A stretch of 64,000 nt of DNA from Mobula hypostoma. Taxonomy: Eukaryota. Positions within the stretch are counted from its first letter, which is position 1. Every line of letters begins with the position of its first letter. Below, one piece after another: positions 24,134-37,235 of this stretch. The DNA lies in NCBI RefSeq assembly GCF_963921235.1, contig NC_086097.1, positions 201,378,001-201,442,000 of the forward strand. Reading direction: 5' to 3'. A program made the position numbers and the translations under genes. The notes beneath the pieces are model-generated. The model worked only from the letters and a program-made list of their open reading frames with translations, was not told the DNA's origin and did not search any database.

Positions 24134-25829
24134 ATAATTAACAAGCTTTCCTTGAAAGTGTACAATTAATGTTTCCAATCAACTCCTTAATTTGGCCAAC
24201 ATACATAAACCAACATTATAAATCCACAAAATTCAGGCCGCTACATCAGTTGGATAGGGAATGCCAACCTGTGCTAGTCCTTATCAAATTGTGTGTTCAC
24301 CTCCCAAATGATGCCCACAGCCATGCTTCTCTATATACCCTGAAAGTATCACCATAGCAGCTGTTCCACAGGATAGAGCTGCCCACAAGTGATGAGTGTG
24401 TCAAGCTGCTGATCCTCAAAGTTCAAAGTACAAAGTACATTTAATATCAAAGTATGTATAAATTATACAACCTTGCGATTTGCCTGCTTACAGGCAGCCA
24501 CAAAATAAGAAACCTGAAAGAAGCCAATTTAAAAAAAGACCAATACCCAATGCGCAGAGAGAGGGAAAAAGCAAAATCATGCAAACAATAAAGCAAGCAA
24601 CAGCATTCAGAACCAAATTGAGTCCATAAACCCAAAGCCCGAAGCAGCCAGATCAGGCTCACAGCATCAGCCTGAGCACCAAGGAAAGCAGAGTAAAACG
24701 TCGTGGAACAGAACCAGCTCAACTCTCACCTCTGGTCCCGACACATTGCATTTTCAGTCCATCTGGCCTGGCCTTTAAACTGTTCATGCACCAGCTCAAC
24801 CCCACACTCAATCCCAGGCCCCACCACGGCAATACGCTCTGGGCCAGTTCTAATCAACCCAGTGCATAGATTGATGCAACCTCACTTCCAGTACAGCTTG
24901 TTGGGCTCCAAAACAACTCTCCTTCAACTTTTCTCCACTCCGCGCACTCCAACTCCATCTTTAACTCCGACTTCCCCTCAAGTATTCCTCGACCCCGCTT
25001 CAACCCTATTTCGCACCCGCACGCCTTGACCCTAATATCAGCCTCACCTGCACTCGACTCTTCATTGTTTGCGGTGACCGTTACCATAATTTTCCACATA
25101 AAAAGTGGTATTAATAGATTAAATAGCCATATTTTTTTTCAGAGCCTAAGACTCCAGCCCTGGATCACACGGATGGTCTTTTGCCAATAGGTGATATCAG
25201 AAAACCTTTTTCACTGTTCAGTGTTTGGCAAAATGATAGCAACAGTAAACATACATAAAAATAATATGTATATGTACAAATCTAAACAAATATTAAAAGT
25301 TAAAGCTACTTAACTCATATCAAAATAAATATTAATCTAAGGGAAAAATAAAACTACTGAGCTTTAGTTATCTTTTCAATTAAGAAAGACAATTCCAATT
25401 CACATGAATGGGACTGCAAAACATTTGCCAGGCAGCAGGGCCGGATGTGAAATGCAACCAGCTTTTCAGCTCAGGATGATCTGGAACTGCCAAAAGACAG
25501 TGTGAAGAATCCAAAAATGGAATAGTGGTCAGTGGTGCCATCACCTAACTCCAAACGTATTCTGTATTTTCCTGCTACAATGAACAATTTGGAAATCTAA
25601 ATTTACTATAATACACGCTGAAGCTAGCAGTTACTCCCTAGAGAGTACTTACCAAGAAGCAGCACGGACTGACGCAGTACTTTACAATTTATTCTATAAA
25701 TCAGACATGGACTTAACCAGTAGGAAGTATATAAATGCATTAACTTCAATTCTTGTACCATGACTAAGGGAAAAAAAATAAAGGTATAACAACAGACTCC
25801 TGACAGCATTAATTCATTCTGTTTTATTC

Positions 25830-27597
25830 TGATAGAAGCGAGGTAATAGGACCAATCAAGTGTGACAGTGGAAAAGTGTGTATGTCACCAGAGGAGGTAG
25901 TGGAGGTACTTAATGAACACGTTGCTTCAGTATTCACTTCGGAAAAGGACCTTGGCAATTTTAGGGATGACTTAAAGCAGACTGAAAAGCTTGAGCATAT
26001 AGACATTAAGAAAGAGGAAGTGCTAGAGCTCTTGGAAAGCATCAAGTTGAATAAGTCACCAGGACCGGACAAGATATACCCTACGCTACCGTGGGAGGTG
26101 AAGGAGGAGATTGCTGAGCCTCTGGCAATGATCTTTGCATCTTCAATGAGAGAGGTTCTGGGGGATTGGGGGTGGCAGATATTGTTCCGTTATTCAAGAA
26201 AGGGAGTAGATAGCCCAGGAAATTATAGACCAGTGAATCTTACTTCAGTGGTTGGTAAGTTGATGGAGAAGATCCTGAAAGGCAGAAATTATGAACATTT
26301 GGAGGGGCATAATACGATTAGGAATAGTCAGCGTGGCTTTGTCAAAAACAGGTCGTGCCTGACAAGCCTGATTGAATTTTTTGATGATGTGACTAAACAC
26401 ATTGATGAAGGTACAGCAGTAGATGTAGTGTATATGGATTTCAGCAAGGCATTTGATAAGCTACGTCATGCAAGTCTTATTGAGAAAGTAAGGAGGCATG
26501 GGATCCAAGGGGACATTGCTTTGTAGATCCAGAATTGGCTTACTCACAGAAGGCAAAGGGTAATTGTAGACAGGTCATATTCTGCATGGAGGTCAGTGAC
26601 CAATGGTGTGCCTCAGGGATCTGTTCTGGGACACCTTCTCGTTGTGATTTTTATAAATGACCTGGATGAGGAAGTTGACAGATGGGTTAGTAAATTTGCT
26701 GATGACACAAAGGTTGGGGGTGTTGTGGATAGTATGGAGGGCTGTCAGAGGTTACAGCGGGACATTGATAGGATGTAAAACTGAGCTGAGAAGTGGCAGA
26801 TGGAGTTCAACCCAGATAAGTGTGAGGTGGTTCATTTTGGTAGGTCAAATATGATGGCAGAATATAGTATTAATGGTAAAACTCTTGGCAATGTGGAGGA
26901 TCATAGGTATCTTGGGGTCCAAGACCATAGGACACTCAAAGCTGCTGTGCAGGTTGATTGTGTGGTTAAGAAGGCATACGGTGCGTTGGCCTTCATCAAC
27001 TGTGGGATTAAGTTCAAGAGCTGAGAGGTAATGCTACAGCTACATAGGACCCTGGTCAGACACCACTTGGAGTACTGTGCTGAGTTCAGGTCACCTCACT
27101 ACGGCAAGTATGTGGAAACTATAGAAAGGGTGCAGAGGAGATTGACAAGTATGTTGCCTAGATTGGGGAGCATGTCTTATGAGAATGGGTTGAGTGAACT
27201 CAGCCTTTTCTCCTTGGAGCAATGGGGGATGACAGGTGACCTGATAGAGGTGTATAAGATAATGAGAGGCATTGATCAGAGGCTTTTTCCCAGGGTTGAA
27301 ATGACTAACATGAGAGGGCACAGTTTTAAGGTGCTTGGAAGTTGGTACAGAGGAGATGTCAGTGGTAATTGTTTGTTTGTTTTTTTACGCAAAGAGTGGT
27401 GAATGCGTGGAATGGACTGTTAGTGACAGTGGTGGAGGTAGATACAATAGGGTCTTTTAAAAGCCTCTTAGATAGGTACATGGAGCTTAGAAAAATACAG
27501 GGCTATGGATAACCCTAGGTAATTTCTGAAGCAAGTACATGTTCAGCACAGCATTGTGGGCCGAAGGGCCTATATTGTGCTGTAGGTTTTCTATGTT
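25830..27597 (+). mobile_element. CR1 ORF2 (RT), 5'-truncated
   Basis: KSPGPD, PGNYRPVNLTSVVGKLME, VDVVYMDFSKAFDK, GVPQGSVLG, KFADDTK and a CR1 tail. Confidence 0.9.
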
Positions 27598-27599
27598 GC

Positions 27600-29370
27600 T
27601 ATTAAAAGCAAAAGAGACACCAAGATGGTGTGTTGCTTTCCGAGTGCTAATGTCCATGATGCAGCTGCAGGATATTCTCAAAGGAGAGGGGGAGCAACCA
27701 GAGGTCATGGTGAATATTGCACTAATGACACAGGCAGAAAAGGGAAAGAGGTCCTATTCAGTGAGTATATAGAGTTAGGAAAAAGGCTGAAGAGGAGGAC
27801 CTCCAAGATTGTAATCTCAGGATTACTCCGTGCCACGGACTAGCGCAGGTAGAAATGGGGTGATAGCACATATAAATGAATGGCTGAGATGTCAGTACAG
27901 GGGACAGGGTTTCAAGTTCTTGGTTCATTGGAACTTTTTCTGGGGAAGTGGTGACCTGTACAAGATGGACAGGTTGCACCTGAATTGGAGGGTCGCTATT
28001 GCTACTCAGGAGAGTTTAAACTAGTTTTGCAGGGGACTGGGAACCAGGGACCCAGGCCTATAAGGGAAGGATCGGACCTGAAGGTAGATGTCAGGGATAG
28101 TACTCAAAGGCAAATTGAAATAACAGATACGATGGGTCGGATAGTTTGAAGTGTGCATATTTTAATACTCGAAGTATTATATGCGAGGCTGAGGGAATGA
28201 GAGCATGGATCAGTACATGGAACGAGGATGTTGAAGCCATCACTGAAATTTAGTTGAGAAAGGGGCAAGAATGTAAGGATGTGGATACTATAGGGAGAGT
28301 GCAGAGGAGATTTACAATGATGTTACCTGGATTGGAAGGAATACCTTATGAGAATGGGTTGAGTGAACTTGGCCTTTTCTCCTTGGAGCGACGAGGATAA
28401 GAGGTGACTTGACAGAGAGGCATTGATTGTGTGGATAGTCAAAGGCTTTCTCCCCTGGGCTGAAATGGCTAACATGAGGGGCCTAGTTGTAAGGTGCTCG
28501 GAAATAGGTACCGAGGGATGTCAGCGGTTAAGTTTTTCACACAGATTGGTGGGTGCATGGAATGCACTGCCAGCGGCAGTGGTGGAAGCAAATACAATAG
28601 GGTCTTTTAAAAGCCTCTTAGATAGGTATGTGGAGCTTAGAAAAATAAAAATAAAGGAAATCCTAAGCAGTTTCTAGAGTAGGTTACATGGTCGGCACAA
28701 TATCGTGGGCCGAAGGGCCTGTATGTGATGTAAATTTCTATGTTCTATGTTTAACAGGTGATTAATACTGCAACTATACAGGGTACTGGTGAGGCCGCAA
28801 CTGGAGTACTGTGTGCAATTCTGGTCTCCATACTTGAGGAAAGATATACTGGCTTTGGAGGCAATGCAGAGGAGGTTCACCAGGTTGATTCCAGAGATGA
28901 AGTGGTTAACCTACGAGGAGAGATTGAGTTGCCTGGGACTATACTCTCTGGAATTTAGAAGAATGAGAGGGGATCTTATAGAAATATACAAAATTTTGAA
29001 AGGGGTAGATAAGATAGAAGTAGAAAAGTAGTTTCCATTGGTAGGTGAGACTCGAACTAGGGGACAGTGCCTCAAGATTCAGGGGAGAAGATTTAGGATG
29101 GAGATGAGGAGAAACTGTTTTTCCCAGAGAGTGGTGAATCTGTGAAATTCTCTGCCCAGGAAAGTAGTTAAGGCTTCCTCACCAAATATATTTAAGATAC
29201 AGTTAGATAGTTTTTACATAGCAAGGGAATTAAGGGTTATGGGGAAAAGACAGGTAGATGGAGATGAGTTTATGGACAGATCAGCCAGGATCTTATTGAA
29301 TGCCGGGACAGGCTCGATGGGCCAGATGGTGTACTCCTGCTCTTATTTCTTATGGTCTTATGTTCTTCTG
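27600..29370 (+). mobile_element. CR1 ORF1 remnant plus nested CR1 3' ends
   Basis: LKGEGEQPEV, RPQLEYCVQFWSPYLRKD, and (TTCTATG) and (TCTTATG) tails. Confidence 0.75.
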
Positions 29371-29444
29371 TTCTTATTATGCCAGCCTACTACCATCTTT
29401 AAAATATAGCAAGAGTTAAAGGGGTTTAAACAGCAATATCTAGG

Positions 29445-29705
29445 AAAACTCATCCATGCATTTATTTTTAGTAGGCTTGACCACTGTAATGGTGTTTTCA
29501 CAGGTTTTTGTAAAATAATCCCTCAGTCAGCTGCAGCTCATTCAGAACTCTGCTGCTAAAGTCTTCACTAAGACCAAAAAAATAGAACATATCACTCCAG
29601 TTCTCAGATCACTACACTGGCTTCCTGTCCACCAGAGTATTGACTTTAAAATATTACTACTGGTTTATAAAGCACTAAATGGTCTAGGGCCAAAATATAA
29701 CTCTG
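29445..29705 (+). mobile_element. L2-clade LINE fragment
   Basis: Translates to HAFIFSRLDHCN...LQLIQNSAA...HITPVLRSLHWLPV..SIDFKILLLVYKALNGLGPKY. Confidence 0.8.
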
Positions 29706-29789
29706 ATCTTTGATTGGACAACAGCACAGATGCAGTAGAAGAGTTCCAGCATAGGTCTGGAGCAGAGCAACAAAAAGCAGCCAACTTTC

Positions 29790-32700
29790 AGCATGAGCCC
29801 TTGATTGGACAGTGACACTGATGCAGTAGAAGGAGTGGTCTGTGTCAGAATAGTAAGGCTTTGGCTCAACAGGCTTCGGCAAGGACAGATGGAGGTGAGG
29901 TAAGCAGGTAAGGTTATTTATTTATTTTCTTATTTAGCTCTTGAAAGAATAGGGGGTATGTCTGCAGGGCCAGTGTTGTATTCTGGGTGTCAGATGTGGG
30001 ACTTCCAGGAGCCACCCAGCCTCCCCAATGGCCATATCTGCACCAGGTGCACTGAGATGCAGCTCCTTGGAGACTATGTTAGGAAACTGGAGCTGTAGCT
30101 CAATGACCTTTGGTTTGTTAGGGAAAGTGAGGAGGTGCAACAGGCAGGTAGTCACCCCAAGGATACAGGAGACAGATAAATAGGTGCAACACACGATAAA
30201 TGGGTGACTGTCAAGAAAGGGAAAGGAAAATGTCAGATAGTGGAGAGCACCTGTATGGCTGTTCCCCTCACAATAAATCCTCCATTTTGACTACTGTTGG
30301 CAGGGGATGACCTACCAGGGGAAGCAACAGCAGATGTACTTCTAGCCCTGAGTCTGGCCCTGTAGCTTAAAAGGGTAGGGAACTGAAGAGGATGGCAGCA
30401 GTAAAAGGAGACTCTATAGTTAGGGGGACAGGTAGGCGATTCTATGGACGCGAGAAAGAAACACAGACGATAGCTTGTCTCCCAGGTACCAGAGTCCGCG
30501 ATGTTTCTGAATGCATCTACAATATCTTGAAAAGGGAAGGTCGGCAACCAGAAGTCATACTACCTGTTGGTACCAATGACATAGGTAGAAAAAGGGAGAA
30601 GGACCTGATCACAGAATACAGGGAGTTAGGAAAGAAGTTTAGAAGCAGGACCTCAATGGTAATAATCTCGGGATAGCTGTCTGTGCCATGCAACGGTGAA
30701 GATAGGAATAGAATAAGGTGGCAAATAAATGTGTAGCTAAAGAATTGGAGCTGGGGGCAGGGATTCATATTTCTGGATCATTGGGTCCTCTTCTGGGGCA
30801 GATGGCCTGCACTTGAATCTGAGTGGGACCAATATCCCTGCAAGCAGGATTGCTAATGCTTTTGGGAGTGGTTAATTTAATATAGCAGTGGGATGGCAAC
30901 CAGTATAACAGAGCTAAGAATGAGCCAACAGGTTTACTAGTAGATGACGGGTGTAATGAGAATATAAGGAAAGACAAGCCAATGATTGGGTACAAATGCA
31001 GACAGTGCAAAGAGTTAAATTGTACTACAGAGGCAAAATTCAAAACCGTGAAGAATGCAGGACTAAACGTTCTGTATTTAAATACATATCGTATTTGGAG
31101 TAAGGTGCAATTAGAGATTGGTTGGTATGACGTGGGCATCACTGAGTCGTAGCTGAAAGTAGGTCATAATTGGGAGATTAATATCAAAGGATATATTTTG
31201 TTCTGAAAGGACAGACAGGAAGGCGTAGGTAGTGGTGTGGCTCTGTTGGTAAAAGATGACATAGGGTCAGAGAATGTTAAAATTTTGTGGGTTGAGTTAA
31301 GAAACTGCAAGGGTAAAAATAACCATTATGGGAATCATATATAGGCCTCCAAATAGTAGCCAAGATATGGGGTTGAGATTGCAAAGGGAGCTGGAAAGGG
31401 CATGTAATAAGGGTAAGGTCACAATTATAATGGGGGACTTCAATATGCAAGGGGATTGGGAAAATAAGGTTGGTGTCAGATCACAAGAGAGGGAATTTGT
31501 TGAATGTCCATGAGATGGCTTTAGAGAGCAGCTTGTGCTTGAGCCTACTTGGGGACAGGTCAACTTAGATTGGATGTTGTGAAGTAATTCAGATTTTATT
31601 AGGGAGGCCTTAGCTTCACTACATTCTGGAATGGTTCCAGAAGTACGGAAAATTGCAAATGTCACTCTACTCTTCAAGAAGGGAGAGAGGCAAAAGAAAG
31701 GAAGCTATTAGTCAGTTAGTCTGACCTCAAGGGATGGGAAGATGTTGGAGTCAATTATTAAAGAATGAGGTTTCAGCGTACTTGGAGGCACGTGACAAAA
31801 AGGTTGTAGTCTGCATGGTTTCCTGAATGGAATCTTGCCTTTCAAATCTTTTGGAATTCTTTGAAGAAATAACAAGGACAACAGACAATGGAGAATCGAT
31901 TGATGTTGTGTACTTAGATTTTCAGAAGGCCTTTGACAAGGTGCCACACATGAGGCTGTTTGACAAGCTACAATCCCATGGTATTACGGGAAAGATTCCA
32001 GCATGGACAAAGCGATGGCTGATTGGCAGGATACAATGAGTGGAAATAAAGGTAGCCATTTCTGGCTGGCTGCCAGCGACTAGTGGTGTGCCACAGGGGG
32101 TCTGTGCTGGGACCAATTCTTCTTATGTTATACGTCAATCTTTTGATGATGGAATTGATGCCTTTGTTGCAAAGTTTGCGGATGATATGAAGCTAGTTGG
32201 GGGGGGCACGTAGTTTTGAGGAAGCAGAGAGGCTACAGAAGGAAAGATTAGGAGAATGGGCAAAGAAATGGCAGATGGAATACAGTGTCGGAAACTGTAT
32301 GGTCATGCACTTTGGTGTAAGAAATGAAGGAGTCGATGATTTTCTAGGTGAAGAGGAAATACAAAAAACTGAAGTGCAAATGGACTTGTGAGTACTTGTG
32401 CAGAATTCCCCAAAGGTAAATTTGGTGGTTGAGTCTGTTGAGGAAAGCAAATGTGATGTTAGCATTCAATTCAAGAGGACTGCAATATAAAAGCAAGGAT
32501 GTAATATTGAAACTTTATAAAGCACTGATAAGGCCACACTTGGAGCATTGTGAGCAGGTTTGGGTCCCTTGTCTTAGAAACTGGAAAGGGTTCAAAGGAG
32601 ATTCACGAAAATGATTCCAGGATTAAATGGCTTGTCATATGAAGAGTGTTTGATGGATTGGGCCTGTATTCCAAACAATTCAGAAGAATGAGGGGTGAGC

Positions 32701-33055
32701 TCATTGAAACCTATCGAATGGTGAAAGGCCTTTGTAGAGTGGATGTGGAGAGGATGTTTCCTATGGCAGGAGAGTCCAAGACCAGAGGACATAGCCTCAT
32801 AATGGAGGGGTGTCATTTTAGAATGGAAATGAGGAATTTCTTTCATCAGAAAATGGTGAATCTGTGGAATTCTTTGCCACAGGCAGCAGTGGATCCCAAA
32901 TCTTTACATATATTTAAGGCGAAGTTTGATAGATTCTTAATTGGTCAAGGCATGAAAGGATACGGGGAGAAGGCAGGAGATTGGAGTTGAGAGGAAAATT
33001 GGATCAACCATGATGAAATGGCAGAGCAGACTCGATGAACCAAATGGTCTTATAA
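29790..33055 (+). mobile_element. Internally deleted CR1 with ORF1 (zinc finger and esterase) and ORF2 remnants
   Basis: GDSIVRGT..ACLPGTRV..VGTNDIG, IYRPPN, IMGDFN, YLDFQKAFDKVPH and a CR1 3' end. Confidence 0.85.
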
Positions 33056-33387
33056 CATGTGGTTAACATGCATATCCTTCCATCGCAAAAATAAAACATC
33101 TATCTGACAGATTGATTTTTAAGGCTGATCAGTCAGCAGCCTTTCCAAATTGAGTGTTAAATGTTTTGATGGTTCTGAGAAAAATATGAGAAATTATTCT
33201 ATTCAGCTACGTAGTATGAGGTTGGCAGCAAATATATTCATCTTTTTATTCTTTTCAAAATATAAATAAGCATAGTTGCAGTATCAATTCAAATAGAAGG
33301 TCACTATTTCAAGATTAGTTTTAACATTTTTCCCTCAAATATAAACTGGACTCATTCTATTTGAATTCTTTTTAAATAAAGTCATAC

Positions 33388-33440
33388 CTGTTTCATTAAA
33401 TCCAATACTGCTAATACACAGATTAGTAGATGTCAAATCA
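33388..33440 (-). CDS. CCDC178: CCDC178 small coding exon: DLTSTNLCISSIGFNET(E)
   Basis: Acceptor ttttttccag|, donor CAG|gtatga, 53 nt, phase 2 to 1. This is exactly the phase needed to bridge the flanking exons. Confidence 0.75.
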
Positions 33441-33509
33441 CTGGAAAAAATTGTTTGGTTGAATTCATTTCTACGGGAAAAAAAATTACAATAAAATTGG
33501 TGACACATT

Positions 33510-34040
33510 GAAATTACCAAATTACAGGAAGGATATAAATAAGGTTGAAAGAGTGCAGAGAAGGTTTACAAGGATGTTGCCGGGACTTGAGAAACTCAGT
33601 TACAGAGAAAGGTTGAATAGGTTAGGACTTTATTCCCTCGAGCGTAGAAGAATGAGGGGAGCTTTGATAGAGGTATATAAAGTTATGATGGGTATAGATA
33701 GAGTGAATGCAAGCAGGCTTTTTCCACTGAGGCAAGAGGAGAAAAAAAACCAGAAGACATGGGTTAAGGGTGAGGGGGGAAAAGTTTAAAGGGAACATTG
33801 GGGGGGGGCTTCTTCACACAGAGAGTGGTGGGAGTATGGAATGAGCTGCCAGACGAGGTGGTAAATGCGGGTTCTTTTTTAACATTTAAGAATAAATTGG
33901 ACAGATACATGGATGGGAGGTGTTTGGAGGGATATAGTCCGTGTGCAGGTCAGTGGGACTAGGCAGAAAATGGTTCGGCACAGCCAAGAAGGGCCAAAGG
34001 GCATGTTTATGTGCTGTAGTTTCTATGGTTCTATGGTTAC
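33510..34040 (+). mobile_element. CR1 3' end, young
   Basis: PNYRKDINKVERVQRRFTRMLPGL and a (TTCTATGG) tail. Confidence 0.85.
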
Positions 34041-34139
34041 ATGTATGTAGATTAGATTTGTTAAATAGAAGTTAAATAAGAAACATATTTTCTGATCGCT
34101 GTCTCCATCACTGGAGACAAATCATGTCAACAGATATCT

Positions 34140-34835
34140 TTTCTGATCACCCCCTCCATGATTCCCATTTTCATTCGTCTCTCACCTCTAATCTCCCTCC
34201 TGGTACTTCTCCCTGCAAGCAACTGATGTATTACACCTACCCATTCACTCCTCCCTCACCTCCATTCAGGGTCCCAAACAATCTTTCCGGGTGAGTCAAC
34301 ATTTCACATGTGAATCTGTGCAGCTTCCTCTACGTTGGTGAGACCTGTCATAGACTGAGGGACTACTTTGTTAAGCATCTCAGCTCCATCCACAAAAAGT
34401 GCAATTTCCCAGTGACCAATCTTTTTAATCCCTATTCTAATTTTTGTTCTGATATATCGGTTCATGGCCTCCTCTTCTACCCCAAGGAGGCCACTCACAG
34501 GATGGAGGAACAACACTTCATATTCTGTCCAGGTAGCCTCCAACTTGATGGCACGACAACAATTTCTCCAAATTCTGGTAACTTTTTCTCTTTTTCCCAT
34601 TCCCTCACCTTCATTTCCCCACTCTGGCCTCTTACCTCTTATCCTTTCCTGCCTCCCCTTGGTGCCTCTCCTCCTTCTATTTCTCCCCTGATCCACTCTC
34701 CTCTCCTATCAGATTCCTTTTTCCTCAGCCCTTTACCTTTTCCATGTATCATCTCCCAGTTCCTTACTTCACATCCCCCCTTCCCCACCCATCTGGCTTC
34801 ATCTATCTCCTGCTAGCTTGTCCTTTCCCCCATCT
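34140..34835 (+). mobile_element. Penelope-like GIY-YIG remnant
   Basis: LYVGETCHRLRDYFVKHL...SVHGLLF..EEQHFIFCPGSLQLDG. Confidence 0.8.
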
Positions 34836-35880
34836 CCTTAGAGAAGTACAATACAGAAACATGCCCTTCGGCCTACATAGTCTATTTAGAAAGTACTTAA
34901 ACTGCCTACTCCCATCAACCTGTTCTGGGACCATAGCCCTCCATACCCCCACTATCTATGTACGTATCCAAATTTTTGTTAGACGTTGAAATCAAATTTG
35001 CATGCATGACTTGTGTTGGCAGCACACTCCACACTCTCACGACCTCTGAATGAAGAAGTTTCCCCTCATGTTCTCTTTCACCTTTAACCAATGACCGCTA
35101 GTTGTAGTCCCACCCAACTTCAGTGGAAAAAAGCCGACTTGCATTTATCCTCTCCATACCCCTCATAATTTTGTGAATCTGTATTAAATCTCCTCTCAAT
35201 CTTCTACATTCTAAGGAATAGTCTTAACTTAAATAACACATTACTTTCTGACCAGAAACCTAGCATCAGAACTGGGACAAGTTCAACCTCTAAGGCAAAT
35301 TCAACTGTCATTCAACCATACATGAACACCCATGAAAACAGCTAAACAAAGCAGCATTACTCCGAGGCAAAAGAGCACAACAGTCAGACACAGCTCAAAG
35401 CTCATGTAGCACATATAAGATAGCAGTAAAATACAGTCACACAAAGATATTCCAAGTCCCTGAGTCCACGAATGTGGCAGCAGTCTGCAGTTGAATACAA
35501 TATAGCTTGTCTTCTGCCATCTGAACACTGGAGGCAGCACTGACTCCAGTTTGGATGCTGCTCCACACCGCCTCCGACACTCCGGCAGAACACCCGACTC
35601 TAGTGCCTCCCTCTGGGCGTCTGCAAACAGGCGACGTCACATTTCTGCCCAAATACATGCATTATGCTCATAGTTACCAAAGCACGAATATTTATTTTGA
35701 ACTTTATTTTAATATAATTTTTAATATACATTGCTTATTTAGCAAATTATGAGATTCAGAAAATAAAAATAGAAATTCCAACTTGAAATTAGGTGGAATT
35801 GTGATAAATCAGTATTGTGTGAGGGATCTCAAAGGAAAAACACTTTGGTTCTTAACTAATAAAATGTAATCAAACCTCAC

Positions 35881-35954
35881 CTTTGTGAAATCCCACTCAA
35901 CTTTTCAGAAGATTGACTTTTTCCTTGGGATTCTGACTGTAGAGATTCTGTAAA
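35881..35954 (-). CDS. CCDC178: CCDC178 coding exon: FTESLQSESQGKSQSSEKLSGISQ(S)
   Basis: Acceptor tttctgatag|, donor AAAG|gtgagg, 74 nt, phase 0 to 2. Fits both neighbouring exons. Confidence 0.75.
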
Positions 35955-37235
35955 CTATCAGAAATTGCAAAATTAAAATCACATATCCAATAAAGAGAAT
36001 ACAGTGCATTCCATTTAATTGATCCATTGGTTAATTGGGACAGCCATTTATTTGGGACAATGCTTAAAGAACAAAAACTATTTGAGAAAATTCGCGTGAT
36101 TCTCTTCATTAATTTGGGACACTTTACTGCTTAATTAGGACAGGAGACTGTTGCCGGATTCTAACTAGCATCAGTCACATGAACTTGTGTGGCCATTAAA
36201 CACTACACAACTTAAAAATTGTTTTGCTCACTGCGGTTTCAAGCATTCAGGCTTGGAAATACCAGAAATGGCCAGGAGTGAAAATAAAACGATTTCACTA
36301 CTTCAACAAATTAGGTACCATGAAGAATTTGAGGGTGATTGTATCAATCATCTTGAATGATTCAATGAAAATTAAGATTTGGAGGATGCAATTATCGAAA
36401 GCATTGTATGAAGGCAGTACATTATCTGCACTAAGTGTCTGCACCAATTTTATTCATTTACAGTCGATCAAAAGAACACAGCAGAGTGTTGGTTGTCCAT
36501 CATTTCTGACAAGGACAGGAAACCTGTGCAGGAGAAATTTTAAAGTGGAAAAGCCATTGCAATGGGACAGTTCCACTCTTTCGGCCACGGAAGTTGGGTT
36601 CCAGTGGTATGAGTGGTCATCACAAACTGAAGAATTCCTTGATTGCAGTAGATACTCTGCCTTATCGTGCCTTTTGTTCTCCATGAAACGCTGCAGAACC
36701 ACCTTCTTGGCCATTGAATCTCACTATTGATCTATTAATGTGTTATAGTTTCCCGTTCTAGTTCTGGTTGTTCTTTTTAGTTATTACTTTTGGGTGATTT
36801 TTGAATTGGGGTGGCCTGCAGATCTGAGCTGAACTGTACTGAAATATCCCTTCTGATTTTGTGTTTTATATTCTGTATTTCTGCTAATTTTTTTGGTTGC
36901 CTTTTGCATGATACTTTTGAGCGTGGGGGGTGAGGGAGGTTTGATGTTTTTCTTTGAATGAGTTGGTTCCATCGTCCTTCTTTGTTTCATGATTGTCTGT
37001 GGGAGGATAAATAACATACTTTGATAATAAATGTACTTCGAATCTGCCCAGTACGCTGGAGCTGACTTCACATGCTAGGACAGGCATGTCCCTATTTCAC
37101 TGGTTTATGAGGCCCACCAACTCTCACCTGGGTTAGCTCACCTGTCGAAGCAGTGTACTGGGCTGTTGCTGCTCTTGCATGAAAACAACTTTTTGGAGAG
37201 CTGAATTTTCCCAGTTTCCCCTCATGATCCCCTTA